The notes under the pieces: generated by a model
What the model was told of the DNA's origin: nothing
Database searches by the model: none
What the model saw: only the letters and a program-made list of their open reading frames with translations
Part shown: positions 6,784 through 16,654 of the stretch, in pieces
Layout of the letters: the number at the start of each line of letters is the position of its first letter
Position numbering within the stretch: the stretch's first letter is position 1
Translations under genes and position numbers: made by a program
From: a virus
Taxonomy: Duplodnaviria > Caudoviricetes
DNA: 26,885 nt
Direction: 5' to 3' (one strand)
Virus record (IMG/VR): IMGVR_UViG_3300010239_000031
Location: 1-26,885 of that record

Positions 6784-8068
6784 ACTCCTCGACTACTACA
6801 TCTTCCACTACCTTGACTTCGACGTGCCAGGGCATCAGGAGTCATGGATACGTCATCTGGAGGGTGATGATGATCTCCTTGTCCTAGCCCCACGCGATCA
6901 CGGAAAGACGACGGTGTTCTGCAGGGCGTACCCCGAGCATTTGGCCCTCCACACCCCCAATATAAGGATACTGATTCTCTCCAAGACATACCGTCAGGCG
7001 GAGAAGTCACTGGATCTTATTGAGGCGGATCTCACCGGGAACCCGCGGATCACGAGGGACTATGCCTTGGAATTACAGGGGTACCGGCGTAAGGATAATA
7101 TGATATTCTTCAACCGCACTGAGGCCCAGCGCGACGCGACTATCGAAGCCGCGGGGCTGCTTGGGAGCATCACCGGGTCACACTTCGACGTGATCATCGC
7201 TGATGACCTCATAGATGATGAGTCCACGAGGACACGCCAACGGATGGATAATGTCTATCAATGGTTCCAGGGGACGGTGGAGCCCCTCCTCGAACCCTGG
7301 GGCAGGATGATCGTCGTCGGGACGAGGAAACACTACAATGATCTCTACGGGCGACTCATCGACTCAGACGCTTACACCGTGATTCATGACAAGGCCATCT
7401 GCGCTGATGGGAAACCCCTCTGGCCAGAACGCTGGCCCCTTGAGAAGTTGGAGGAGAAGAAGAGGAAGATGGGCTCTGTGATGTTCAACAGGGAGTACCA
7501 GAACGACCCCACCGGGTTACAGGGACAGTTGCTCAAGGAAGAATGGATTAGATACTATGATGAAGCACCGGAAGGGTTGAATGTTTATCAGGGGTGGGAC
7601 CTTGCTATCAGTCAATCCGAGACCGCAGATTACACTGTCTGCACCACCATCGGAGTCACCGACTCTGATGATGTGTATGTCCTGGACTGGTACCGTGACC
7701 GGATAGATTTCCCTACCCAGGTCACGATGGTGCAACGACTGGCCGATAAGTGGAGCCCTGTACTGGTTGGTGTGGAGGACGTCGCCTACCAGAGAGCTCT
7801 ACCACAGGAAGTCCTTAGGAGGAAACGTTTACCCTTGAAGGGCGTAAGGCCTGATAAGGATAAGATGAGGAGGATAATCTCCGAGTTCGTCTCCTTCGAG
7901 AATGGGAAGGTCTTCCTCCCCGCCAAGCATAGGCACCTCAACAATTTCCTCGACGAGTACCTCCAATTCGATAAGGGGGAGCATGATGACATGCTTGACA
8001 GCCTCTGCATCGCCATGAAGGTGAGCAGGCAGACAAAGTCGAGGATATTCATCCCCAGGAGGAGATAG
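6665..8068 (+). CDS. terL: Terminase large subunit (true start uncertain, possibly TTG near 6731)
   Basis: Walker A APRDHGKT, Walker B VIIADD, VVGT coupling motif, nuclease GWDLA and HDDMLDS. Confidence 0.95.
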   Translation: MNPRRGLRRVLKLNTTQNSSERLVESLYRNEERDKILARELLDYYIFHYLDFDVPGHQESWIRHLEGDDDLLVLAPRDHGKTTVFCRAYPEHLALHTPNIRILILSKTYRQAEKSLDLIEADLTGNPRITRDYALELQGYRRKDNMIFFNRTEAQRDATIEAAGLLGSITGSHFDVIIADDLIDDESTRTRQRMDNVYQWFQGTVEPLLEPWGRMIVVGTRKHYNDLYGRLIDSDAYTVIHDKAICADGKPLWPERWPLEKLEEKKRKMGSVMFNREYQNDPTGLQGQLLKEEWIRYYDEAPEGLNVYQGWDLAISQSETADYTVCTTIGVTDSDDVYVLDWYRDRIDFPTQVTMVQRLADKWSPVLVGVEDVAYQRALPQEVLRRKRLPLKGVRPDKDKMRRIISEFVSFENGKVFLPAKHRHLNNFLDEYLQFDKGEHDDMLDSLCIAMKVSRQTKSRIFIPRRR

Positions 8069-8070
8069 AC

Positions 8071-9726
8071 GTGTTCAATTATCATTTATCCATTAAATCA
8101 TTGGATCAGTATCGTGTCGTGAAGGATGATGATGTGAAGAGTCAGATCCAGAAACCCTCTACGGTGGGTGATGGGTATGTGGAGCCACCCATCCATCCCC
8201 TCACGCTCCTCAGCCTCTACCAGTCCAACCCCTACCACGCGTCAGCCTGTACATTGAAGGCGAATGATATACTCAGGTCCGGTTGGAGCCTCACAGACCC
8301 CGACGCAGCGACGGAGGTTAGGCGCTTCCTAAATAATTGCAGACCATCATTTGAATATACACTCCTCTCAGCGCTCCTCGACCTTCAGGTCTTCAATTAC
8401 TGCACCCTCGAAATAATCCGAGATAAAAGTGGGGCTCCTGTGAGGTTGGGGTACATCCCCGCCCACACCATCCGCGTGCATGAGGATGGGACAAGGTACA
8501 GGCACACGTGGGATGGTGTGAACGTCACTTACATGAAGGATTACCGCTATGAAGGGGAGGTTAATCCTGAGACGGGTGAGGACACTGATGGAGTGGGGGC
8601 AAATGAGGTCATCTTCATCAGCCTCCCCAACCCCCTCTGCAGTTACTATGGGGCCCCTAAGTACCTCTCGGCGGTGACGAGCATCCTCGGGATGAAGAAG
8701 GTTCAGGAGTATAACTACGCATTCTTCGATAATTTCACAATCCCCTCCTATCTCATCACGGTGACTGGTGAGTATGAGGATGAGATGATCCTCGACGCAG
8801 AGGGGAACCCCACAGGAAAAACCGTGCTGCAGGAACTCATCGAGGAGAACTTTGAGTACATCAGGCAGCACCCCCACACACCCATCGTCCTCTCAATCCC
8901 TGGTGGCGGGGACGTTGAGGTCACATTCCAACCATTAAACACTGATACGAATGACTTGGACTTCAGGGAGTATCTTCATGAGATGCGCCGTGATATCATC
9001 ACCGCCCACATGCTGGACCCATACCGCCTCGGTGTGGGGGACGTGGGGGCCCTCGGGGGTAACCTGGCGGAGGTGGCACGCAGGACGTACTATGAGTCAG
9101 TGATACGGCCACAGCAGAGGGTTATTTCATCTATATTCACTGATTTCATGCAGACACACTTTGATGTCGATGAGTCCGTGGAGTTCACCTTCAATGAGGA
9201 GATCATTCTCGAATCTGACGTTGTGAGGAGTTACACTTCATTGGTTCTATCAGGGGTGATGACTCCCCGTGAGGTCCGCCGCCGCTTATTCAATGATGAT
9301 AGTGGCCCCGACTACTACTACATCCCCACGAATGTTGTGCCCCACAATGAAGCTGCGACGAAGAGGGCCCCCAGGTTGGAGGAGAGGGCCTGGCAGCGCA
9401 TCATCAAGGACGCATACGAGAAACGGTATAAAGGACGGTTGGAGGCGGTGATAGATGACCGGGGCCTCACAGCGGAGCAGAAGAGGGAGGCAGTCGACAG
9501 GATCCTCCAATCATTTCGCGAGAACGTCTACAACGAGGCATCAAAGATACTGGAGGAGAGGGCCACCGTGGGGCTGCAGTCAGCCATCCGTAGAGGCGCC
9601 ACAGCCATGCCAGCCAGTGGCCATAACCTGGGGCAATATGATGAGCTCCTCAGGGCGAGCATCGATGACATGACTAACCGCCTCCAATCATACCTGTACA
9701 AGGTCATAGGGTGGCAGGTGACATGA
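8071..9726 (+). CDS. Portal protein (PBSX/HK97-like) with C-terminal extension
   Basis: Position after TerL; YIPAHTIRV, NEVIFI..PNPLCSYYGAP, YNYAFFDN, GVMTPREVR. Confidence 0.9.
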   Translation: MFNYHLSIKSLDQYRVVKDDDVKSQIQKPSTVGDGYVEPPIHPLTLLSLYQSNPYHASACTLKANDILRSGWSLTDPDAATEVRRFLNNCRPSFEYTLLSALLDLQVFNYCTLEIIRDKSGAPVRLGYIPAHTIRVHEDGTRYRHTWDGVNVTYMKDYRYEGEVNPETGEDTDGVGANEVIFISLPNPLCSYYGAPKYLSAVTSILGMKKVQEYNYAFFDNFTIPSYLITVTGEYEDEMILDAEGNPTGKTVLQELIEENFEYIRQHPHTPIVLSIPGGGDVEVTFQPLNTDTNDLDFREYLHEMRRDIITAHMLDPYRLGVGDVGALGGNLAEVARRTYYESVIRPQQRVISSIFTDFMQTHFDVDESVEFTFNEEIILESDVVRSYTSLVLSGVMTPREVRRRLFNDDSGPDYYYIPTNVVPHNEAATKRAPRLEERAWQRIIKDAYEKRYKGRLEAVIDDRGLTAEQKREAVDRILQSFRENVYNEASKILEERATVGLQSAIRRGATAMPASGHNLGQYDELLRASIDDMTNRLQSYLYKVIGWQVT

Positions 9727-10355
9727 CACGGCCGGGGGGCTTGGAATATGATGAGGACAAGGTCGACGCAATACTCGACGCCCTCACAGAAGAACTCGTC
9801 ATGATACAGAACAAGAAACTCCTCGGGGATGTGGAGGCATTCGCATCAGACCTGGAGGCCCTTCAACCTAAAGAATTCATGAGAAAATATGGTGTGTCAT
9901 CATCAGATTATGCCCGCCTCATATCCATCCTTGATGAAGCCGAGGACATAGAGTCCCCCATTGAGGAGGGGGATCATGATGTTGGCCTCATCCTCCTATA
10001 CCTTGGATTGGCGGTCACTTACCTTGCACGTGATGTGGAGAGGGACACGGAGGTGGAGGCATACCGTGCCAGTGGGGCGGAGTACCTGAACTGGGTGACT
10101 ATGGGGGATGAGGCGGTGTGTGCCACCTGTCAGGAGTATGAGGAGGGGTCACCCTACACAGTTGAGGAGTTCCCACACGTCCCTCACCCATGGTGCCGGT
10201 GCCACCCAGAACCCTGTGACGCCGAGGGGAACCCCTTGAAGCCGGGGGAACTCACAGCTGAGGAAGTTGAGGAGATTGAGAGGCTCATGGAGGGATTCCT
10301 CGACGTGGACCTCGACTATTTTGAGGTCCCTGGGAACCCCATCAGGATCCTCTGA
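9723..10355 (+). CDS. Head morphogenesis protein (SPP1 gp7 / Mu gpF-like)
   Basis: WVTMGDEAVCATC...PHPWCRC motif; ATGA overlap with portal. Confidence 0.8.
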   Translation: MTRPGGLEYDEDKVDAILDALTEELVMIQNKKLLGDVEAFASDLEALQPKEFMRKYGVSSSDYARLISILDEAEDIESPIEEGDHDVGLILLYLGLAVTYLARDVERDTEVEAYRASGAEYLNWVTMGDEAVCATCQEYEEGSPYTVEEFPHVPHPWCRCHPEPCDAEGNPLKPGELTAEEVEEIERLMEGFLDVDLDYFEVPGNPIRIL

Positions 10356-10399
10356 TAGTGTTCGTTATATCCGTGTTTAAGGAACAAGATGATTAAAAC

Positions 10400-11662
10400 A
10401 TGGAGGTGAATCCGTTGGCTTGGAAGTTGAACAGGAAGGCATATAACCACGCCGTCCAACTCATAGAGGCTGGAAATGTGACCGATGAGGCCTGGGAGAA
10501 ACCCCTCCTCGAGGACTTTGACGGGGATGTGGAAGAGTATGCCCTCTACCACCTTGCAGTGGACCCCGACGCGGACCCTGACACCACTCAGGCATACGGG
10601 TACCCATATGGACGGGATGGGAAGGTCTACCTCGCAGCCCTGAGAGCGATCCGATCAGCAGCAGCAGGGGGGCGCGGGGCTGCAAGGAATGAGGAGATCT
10701 TCGACGCCGCGGGCCGATTACTTGACATGGCGGTTGAGGAGGTCGCGGGGAAATCAGAGGGGCAGAGGATCCAGGACAACCTGATACTGAAGGTGGATGA
10801 GTACCGACGCCTCGTAAGCGGCCCGGTCCTCGTCCCCGGTGAACCTGACGTTGATGGGGATGTTGTGACTCCTGAGCAAGTTGAGGAGGTCGCTCACAGA
10901 TTCCTGGAGGATTATCAGAATGTGGATATCATGCATAGATTCAGGAATGTCGCCCGGCCAGTTGAATCCTACATCCTCGACGAGCCCCGTAGAATCAATG
11001 GGGTAGACTTACCACGTGGGACGTGGATGATGACCAGCAAGGTCTACGATGATGACGTCTGGGAGGGGATCATGTCAGGGGAGTATACTGGGTACAGTAT
11101 CACAGCAGTCCCACGCGCCACTAAAGACGCTCAACGGAGGACAACACTCAGGGATATAGGATGGCCCTTCGACGTTGTCACGGTGAGCATCGTGGACAAC
11201 CCTGCAGTCCCCAAGGCGAGATTCCTCTCCCTTAAGCATGATAATGGAGGTGATACAATGGATGAGAAATCCGTGCTGAAATCGATATTCCAGACACTCA
11301 AAGGCTACTTCGAATCCGAGGAGGAGAAGGAAGCCTCTGAGGAGGATGGGATCAAAGAGGAAGTTGAAAGCCTCAAATCAGAGATCAATGAACTAAAAGA
11401 GACCCTACGGTCTGTGGTGAAGGTCGTGGAGGATGCACAGGCCCATGAGCCAGAGGACACGTCGGACGCCGATGACACCCCCGCGGGGGAGGATGATGAG
11501 GATTACGAGGCGGATGCTGAAAAAGTGGATGATGAACCCCCCGCCGATGAGGAGGCTGAGGCCCAGGCGATGAAGGGGCAGATTGGAGGCGGTAAAGTAA
11601 CATCCGTGAGGGAACTCCTCGCGGAGGAGATAGGGGTTGACATGTTTGGCAGACCACTATAG
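10400..11662 (+). CDS. Prohead protease (XkdF-like) fused to scaffold
   Basis: GPVLVPGEPDVDGD...DIMH...PVESYI...GTWMM...GEYTGYSI; acidic coiled-coil C-terminus. Confidence 0.85.
   Translation: MEVNPLAWKLNRKAYNHAVQLIEAGNVTDEAWEKPLLEDFDGDVEEYALYHLAVDPDADPDTTQAYGYPYGRDGKVYLAALRAIRSAAAGGRGAARNEEIFDAAGRLLDMAVEEVAGKSEGQRIQDNLILKVDEYRRLVSGPVLVPGEPDVDGDVVTPEQVEEVAHRFLEDYQNVDIMHRFRNVARPVESYILDEPRRINGVDLPRGTWMMTSKVYDDDVWEGIMSGEYTGYSITAVPRATKDAQRRTTLRDIGWPFDVVTVSIVDNPAVPKARFLSLKHDNGGDTMDEKSVLKSIFQTLKGYFESEEEKEASEEDGIKEEVESLKSEINELKETLRSVVKVVEDAQAHEPEDTSDADDTPAGEDDEDYEADAEKVDDEPPADEEAEAQAMKGQIGGGKVTSVRELLAEEIGVDMFGRPL
11258..11662 (+). CDS. Nested in-frame scaffolding protein (134 aa)
   Basis: Internal GGAGGTGAT RBS and in-frame ATG; 17 nt identical to the MCP initiation region. 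Confidence 0.65.
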   Translation: MDEKSVLKSIFQTLKGYFESEEEKEASEEDGIKEEVESLKSEINELKETLRSVVKVVEDAQAHEPEDTSDADDTPAGEDDEDYEADAEKVDDEPPADEEAEAQAMKGQIGGGKVTSVRELLAEEIGVDMFGRPL

Positions 11663-11680
11663 AAGATTTGAGGTGATACA

Positions 11681-12622
11681 ATGGATATGATGGACATGTA
11701 CACAAGGCCATTCGCAATAGTCCCCAAGATAGATGTCCCTGACCTTGGCCGGGGAGTCCTACCAGTCCAGAGGTTCGGACAGTTCGTCAGGGAAGTCAGG
11801 GAATCATCATCCCTGATAGGGGAGGCGAGGATACTGAATGCTCTACAGTCATATGAGGTGGACATTTCACGTATCGGATTGAATGTCCAGTTGGAAGCTG
11901 GTAGGGACAATACAGGTGCAAAGGTCGCCCCAACAGAGGACTCAGTGGATGTCACCACTAACACCCTGAGCATGAAGGAGCTCATCACCAAGATCAGCAT
12001 AGAGGATGAGACCCTCGAGGATAACATTGAGAGGGCCCAGTTCGAGCAGACCCTCGTCACCCTACTGGGTCAGGGTGTGAGTTATGACTTGGAGTGCTTC
12101 TTCCTACACGCTGATACCAGTTACACGGGTGACAGGGCGCTCTACAAGATAAATGATGGTTGGATGAAACTGGCTGGTAATCAGGCAACAACGGCAAGCC
12201 CAACGGATGATGACTGGCCACTCAGCCTATTTGATGAGATGCTCGGGAAGGTCCCTAACAGGTACAAGCAGATGATCCCTCAGATGAGATTCTATGTCTC
12301 ATGGGATATCCTTGAAGCGTACAGGGAGTACTTGAAGGGCAGAGAATCAGCGGTGGGTGATCAGGCAATAATCGGTGGTCCTAACCTGACATATCAGGGC
12401 CTACCCGTCCAGTACGTCCCGGCCCTTGATGCTCTCCAGGATGGGAAGGTGAGGGCCCTTCTCACAGTACCCGCCAACCTGGTCTACGGGTTCTGGCGTA
12501 ACATAAAGGTGGAGCCGCAGAGGGATGCCCCTATGAGACGTACAGAGTACATTGTGAGTCTCAGGGCTGATTGCCATTATGAGGACGAGAAAGGAGCAGT
12601 ATCAGCGACCATAACAGTTTAG
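11681..12622 (+). CDS. Major capsid protein (HK97 fold)
   Basis: Position, 313 aa, strong GAGGTGAT RBS, ISIEDETLEDNIE and DGWMKLA patterns. Confidence 0.88.
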   Translation: MDMMDMYTRPFAIVPKIDVPDLGRGVLPVQRFGQFVREVRESSSLIGEARILNALQSYEVDISRIGLNVQLEAGRDNTGAKVAPTEDSVDVTTNTLSMKELITKISIEDETLEDNIERAQFEQTLVTLLGQGVSYDLECFFLHADTSYTGDRALYKINDGWMKLAGNQATTASPTDDDWPLSLFDEMLGKVPNRYKQMIPQMRFYVSWDILEAYREYLKGRESAVGDQAIIGGPNLTYQGLPVQYVPALDALQDGKVRALLTVPANLVYGFWRNIKVEPQRDAPMRRTEYIVSLRADCHYEDEKGAVSATITV

Positions 12623-12635
12623 AATGGGGGATCAT

Positions 12636-12926
12636 ATGGATACAAATGAACGATTGGACAGTATGATTCAGGAATTCTCTATCAAATATCCAGGTGTAAA
12701 CATCAACAACTTCGACGAATTCTTTAACCAGCCCCCTGGTTTTCTCAAGGATGTCAGTGATTACGCATATGAACTCCTGAAATTCAATGATTACATTAAA
12801 ATGTCCGGGAACAGACAGCGAGATATTAGAAGACTTTATAGATTAACGGCACTCTTACTTTTGGGTTTGATGTACACGAGTCAGAGACTCAGCACCCTTG
12901 AAAATCCACCGGAGCCTCCAGAATAA
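12636..12926 (+). CDS. Hypothetical protein after MCP
   Basis: GGGGGAT RBS before ATG 12636; no recognised motif. Confidence 0.6.
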   Translation: MDTNERLDSMIQEFSIKYPGVNINNFDEFFNQPPGFLKDVSDYAYELLKFNDYIKMSGNRQRDIRRLYRLTALLLLGLMYTSQRLSTLENPPEPPE

Positions 12927-12941
12927 TGTGAGGTCTCAGCT

Positions 12942-13265
12942 ATGACAATCACACCTGAAGATATACGTATAGAGTTACGAAGGGATGAATTAACTGATTC
13001 AGAGGAGGCATTCATCACTAAAAAAATCGAAGAGTACACTCTACGCGCTGAGAGGATCAACCCCACGGCACCGGATCATATAAAGGATGAGTATGTCCTT
13101 GCAGGAGTTCTGCAGGCCTTTCTCACAGATTACATGGATGATGTTTCATCATTTACTGATGGAAGATTCAGCATAACAAAAAAATCAATCATCGAAAATC
13201 CCATCAGTGACAGGTTCAAAAAAGCCCTGCTCAAGTTACAGGGCATCAGGATATGGAAACCATAA
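12942..13265 (+). CDS. Putative head-tail adaptor
   Basis: Position, size, helical N-terminus and SSFTDGRFSIT hairpin. Confidence 0.6.
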   Translation: MTITPEDIRIELRRDELTDSEEAFITKKIEEYTLRAERINPTAPDHIKDEYVLAGVLQAFLTDYMDDVSSFTDGRFSITKKSIIENPISDRFKKALLKLQGIRIWKP

Positions 13266-13283
13266 CGATAAGGGGGTGGATGT

Positions 13284-13625
13284 GTGCCTAACCCCGGATT
13301 GAAACGCTTTCAGCAGACCCTCTACAAGTATGGTGCTGATGCTATCCTCACCCACAGGGAAATGAAGGGTCGCGATGAGAGAGGCCAACCAGTAATGGAG
13401 GACACACAACACACTATTAAAGTATTTTTCCATGTGAACACAGGGAACGAGAGGTTAATCATTGGCCAGCATGTTGTAGATTATGACGCATACGCATTAA
13501 CAATCAGAGACCTGAAGGTTGACGAGGGGGATAAACTGGAAGTGGGGGGCAGAGAATACACAGTCAGCCTGATAATTCCTAACAGGACGCATCAGGAGTT
13601 ACACTTGAAACGGGTGAGAACATGA
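13284..13625 (+). CDS. Putative head closure protein
   Basis: GRDERGQP...VDEGDKLEVGGREYTV pattern; synteny. Confidence 0.65.
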   Translation: MPNPGLKRFQQTLYKYGADAILTHREMKGRDERGQPVMEDTQHTIKVFFHVNTGNERLIIGQHVVDYDAYALTIRDLKVDEGDKLEVGGREYTVSLIIPNRTHQELHLKRVRT

Positions 13626-14026
13626 CAATAAGGATTGATATAGAGAAGCCGGAGGAACTCCTGAGTAAATATGATGAAGTGGAGGATCGTATTGAGCAGA
13701 CAGTCACACTTCTCATGATAGAACTTGAGGAAATAGCTATGAATACAGCCCCCATCAAGACAGGTGAACTTCGTATCAGCCACACATGGAGCGTGAATGG
13801 ATCAGTGGGGGAGATGACCAACACAGTACCATACTTGCAATGGGTCCTCTATGGAAGGGGATGGGTGTTCCCCGTGGAGAAAAAAGCCCTCTATTGGGAG
13901 GAACTGTTACATCCTGTGGCTTATGCCAGGCCAGCCCCGCCGAATGATTATTTCTCTGCAGCCGTTGCCTATATAGATGCGAAAGGTATCGTGGAGGATT
14001 CATTTATCGAGTGGCTGATATCATGA
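13622..14026 (+). CDS. HK97 gp10-like neck/tail completion protein
   Basis: APIKTGELRISH...NTVPYLQWVLYG...PPNDYF. Confidence 0.8.
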   Translation: MTIRIDIEKPEELLSKYDEVEDRIEQTVTLLMIELEEIAMNTAPIKTGELRISHTWSVNGSVGEMTNTVPYLQWVLYGRGWVFPVEKKALYWEELLHPVAYARPAPPNDYFSAAVAYIDAKGIVEDSFIEWLIS

Positions 14027-14430
14027 ACTCATTGGAACTTGCATTCAAGGATAAACTGGAATCAATGGGTATCAGTGACACTGTTGTCCTGGACTTTAAT
14101 GAGAAGATTGAGGGTGAATCAGTCATCATAGTGAGCTTAAAGCAGTTGAAGAAACTGGAGCCGGTCCTTGATGGGAAAATCTACAGGGCCACAATAGAGG
14201 GGCATCTCACAGGTGTGTGGAAAGTTGTCGACAATAGCGTCACAATGGCCGTTAAAAAAAGGAATGATGCATTAGAGGCTATCATGAGAGAATTTCTCTA
14301 CACAAAGGTCGGCGGTGCGCGTGTACGCCTACTTAAGTGGGATAAGGACATCAGGCAGGACATAGTGGATGATAGAAGGTATTATGTCCTTTTTGATGTT
14401 ACGCTTGAGATTGAATTGAATATGAGGTGA
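14023..14430 (+). CDS. Putative tail terminator
   Basis: Synteny and size; ATGA overlap. Confidence 0.55.
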   Translation: MNSLELAFKDKLESMGISDTVVLDFNEKIEGESVIIVSLKQLKKLEPVLDGKIYRATIEGHLTGVWKVVDNSVTMAVKKRNDALEAIMREFLYTKVGGARVRLLKWDKDIRQDIVDDRRYYVLFDVTLEIELNMR

Positions 14431-15161
14431 TGGATATGATTGTGGATAAACTAGCAGAAACTATACTGACAGGGGAGAATGTTGGGTTCTTCCTTGGGAT
14501 ACCTGTGCAGGAGGAAACCCCAATAGGGGATATAGACGGGACGAATAAGGATTTTTATGTGAATAATCCGCCGATATTCCCCAGGAGCTGTAATGACCTG
14601 ACAGTGAAACCAGAAGATGTCACAGTAACAGTTGATGGGGAAGCAGCAACAGTCTCAACAATCCTATTCAATGAATCTGAAGGCTATGCTGAGGGTTTCA
14701 GTCTCGCATCAGCACCAGACACAGGGGATAGTGTGAAAGTATCATATGTGGAGGAGATGGAACCATTCCTTGCCCAGGATGTCACTCCTGATGTGAAGCA
14801 GGACACGAAGGAGGTCAGCATATTAAATGAGTCGGCGAAGATAACAAGCTACGCTGGCACCACAATCACCCTAAAATCTGAGCAGATACTCTCCAAGAAT
14901 GGTTTGGAGCAGTTCAGAAAACTAATGTACTACAAGGTGGGTGAGACCACAGGGGCCGAGCAGTATAAACTCCGTGACAAACCCCTCAACCTATACGGGT
15001 ACACCGTATACCACGTGGATGGGGAGACACTGGGACGGTTCTACTTTGAAAATGTGAAACTGAAACCTGACATACCCGGAGGGAAAGCCGGGGATAACCT
15101 GTCATTCACCCTTGAGATGACCGTTTCAGACACACCAACACTAGTAATACCAAAAGTTTAA
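14427..15161 (+). CDS. Putative tail tube protein with inserted beta-sandwich domain
   Basis: Position before the chaperone and TMP; C-terminal FYFENVKL...LSFTLEMTV tube-like strands. Confidence 0.65.
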   Translation: MMDMIVDKLAETILTGENVGFFLGIPVQEETPIGDIDGTNKDFYVNNPPIFPRSCNDLTVKPEDVTVTVDGEAATVSTILFNESEGYAEGFSLASAPDTGDSVKVSYVEEMEPFLAQDVTPDVKQDTKEVSILNESAKITSYAGTTITLKSEQILSKNGLEQFRKLMYYKVGETTGAEQYKLRDKPLNLYGYTVYHVDGETLGRFYFENVKLKPDIPGGKAGDNLSFTLEMTVSDTPTLVIPKV

Positions 15162-15172
15162 GGTGACCCGCT

Positions 15173-15742
15173 TTGACCACCCCCAAACGTTTCTCTTTTC
15201 TGAGGAGGAAAAAGGTTAAACTGGACGGTACTGAAGTCGAGCTCGAAGGGTACAGGGTTGTTGACAGTGAATATGTGATCCCTCTTATCGAAAAAAGGAA
15301 TGAGGCATGGGAGATAGCAACAGCCTACAAGGAGTTCATCGGGAGGCTAGAGAGTGGGGAGGGCGTCTCAGAGGATGATGCGAAGAAAATTAAAGAACTA
15401 AAGGATAGGATAGATAAACTCACAGTGGAGGTCAGCAGGATAAGTTATCCCTTAGCGCAGAGAGGCTTGAAGAGGGCCCTGTACAGGGACACTAAAGAAT
15501 ACAAGGAAGCGGAAGCTCAGGGGACCCTAACAGAGTACATTGACAGTCTACCCGACGTAGAATTAGCCCCATACATGGTCACAGAGATCGTGAATATCAT
15601 GTTAGAGCTGGGGAACCCTGATATCATAGGGGTATCCACTGATGAACTAGACCCTAGGGGTACTGAAAATACTGAAAAAAAGAGTGGAACCCGGAGGAGG
15701 AGTGGATCTCCCTCAAAAGGGGGATCTACCAGCTCAGCATGA
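15173..15742 (+). CDS. Tail assembly chaperone (gpG-like)
   Basis: Position; slippery site near the 3' end. Confidence 0.75.
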   Translation: MTTPKRFSFLRRKKVKLDGTEVELEGYRVVDSEYVIPLIEKRNEAWEIATAYKEFIGRLESGEGVSEDDAKKIKELKDRIDKLTVEVSRISYPLAQRGLKRALYRDTKEYKEAEAQGTLTEYIDSLPDVELAPYMVTEIVNIMLELGNPDIIGVSTDELDPRGTENTEKKSGTRRRSGSPSKGGSTSSA

Positions 15743-15912
15743 AGACAGGGTGGAGCTTAAGGGAGATACTTGAACTTGAGTACAGTGTATTCATAGAATA
15801 TCACCTGGCTCATATGGAACCCCCCAGGGTGAAACCCTCCAAGGAGGAGATTGAGAAAAAACTAGAGGCCCTCAAAAGGATAAATTATTCTTTAAATGAT
15901 GAGGACGAATAA
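15676..15912 (+). CDS. -1 frameshift extension of the tail chaperone (gpGT-like)
   Basis: A AAA AAG at 15676-15682; -1 frame reads [34 protein letters not shown]... to TAA 15910-15912. Confidence 0.8.
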   Translation, partial: KKEWNPEEEWISLKRGIYQLSMKTGWSLREILELEYSVFIEYHLAHMEPPRVKPSKEEIEKKLEALKRINYSLNDEDE

Positions 15913-16602
15913 GATGATCATAGCGGTTATTAATTGGACTGATCTAAGAGGTTTAGGGTTATCTTTCCTGTAGATTATACTTAGTGCAGTGAGGATTGGA
16001 ACTAGGAACATGATAGTCAGGGCCATGATACCCTCACTTTCACTTGCAGTGGGGTTGATCAGAAGTAATGCAATGTAACTTCCTAGGAGGATAGCTGTTG
16101 CGTGGAGGACATGGAAACCTCCTTCTACTTCCCTGGGCCCTTCTTTATCAGAATCTCCTTTAATAGTGCCAAGCACTCCTTCAATGGTTAGGACCGCCCC
16201 TGCTAGTAATCCTAATATACCGAAGGCACCATAGATCAGGCTTTTAGGGTCATGGATGACGATTATGCCTAATATGAGGAATAGGATACCCTCAATGGCA
16301 AGTAATTCTTTAGGGTTTTTTTCGCGGAGGATTATGGCTGATATGATTATAGCTGGCAAAATAAATAATATCAATTCTATTAGAGTCAGTTCTATATCCC
16401 CTAAATTCTGGATACCTCCATTTGTAGCTGCCACTAACCACATAAATGCAAGGTATATGCTGCATTTTAATACACTTAGATCTTCGTCTTTCTCTAGGTT
16501 CCCCCCGCATTCACATGTGTAATCCTTGGGGTTTTCATCATCTTTTAGGGTGTACTCCCGGCCACACTCCTTACATTTAACCTTCACGTGAGACACCCCC
16601 AT
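15892..16602 (-). CDS. Zn-ribbon plus multi-pass membrane protein (moron)
   Basis: CKECG...CECGG followed by about 6-7 hydrophobic helices; antisense to the tail operon, AT-richer, own TATA-like element upstream. Confidence 0.75.
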   Translation of the reverse strand: MGVSHVKVKCKECGREYTLKDDENPKDYTCECGGNLEKDEDLSVLKCSIYLAFMWLVAATNGGIQNLGDIELTLIELILFILPAIIISAIILREKNPKELLAIEGILFLILGIIVIHDPKSLIYGAFGILGLLAGAVLTIEGVLGTIKGDSDKEGPREVEGGFHVLHATAILLGSYIALLLINPTASESEGIMALTIMFLVPILTALSIIYRKDNPKPLRSVQLITAMIILFVLII

Positions 16603-16654
16603 AATAATGTTATGTTAATAAGTAATTAAATTTTTTCCACATGGAGGGTCATTT

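Noticed and set aside
12615-12640. Possible +1 frameshift fusing MCP to the next ORF (GTT TAG A ATG)
   Set aside because: No recognised slippery site, and the downstream ORF has its own RBS and ATG at 12636
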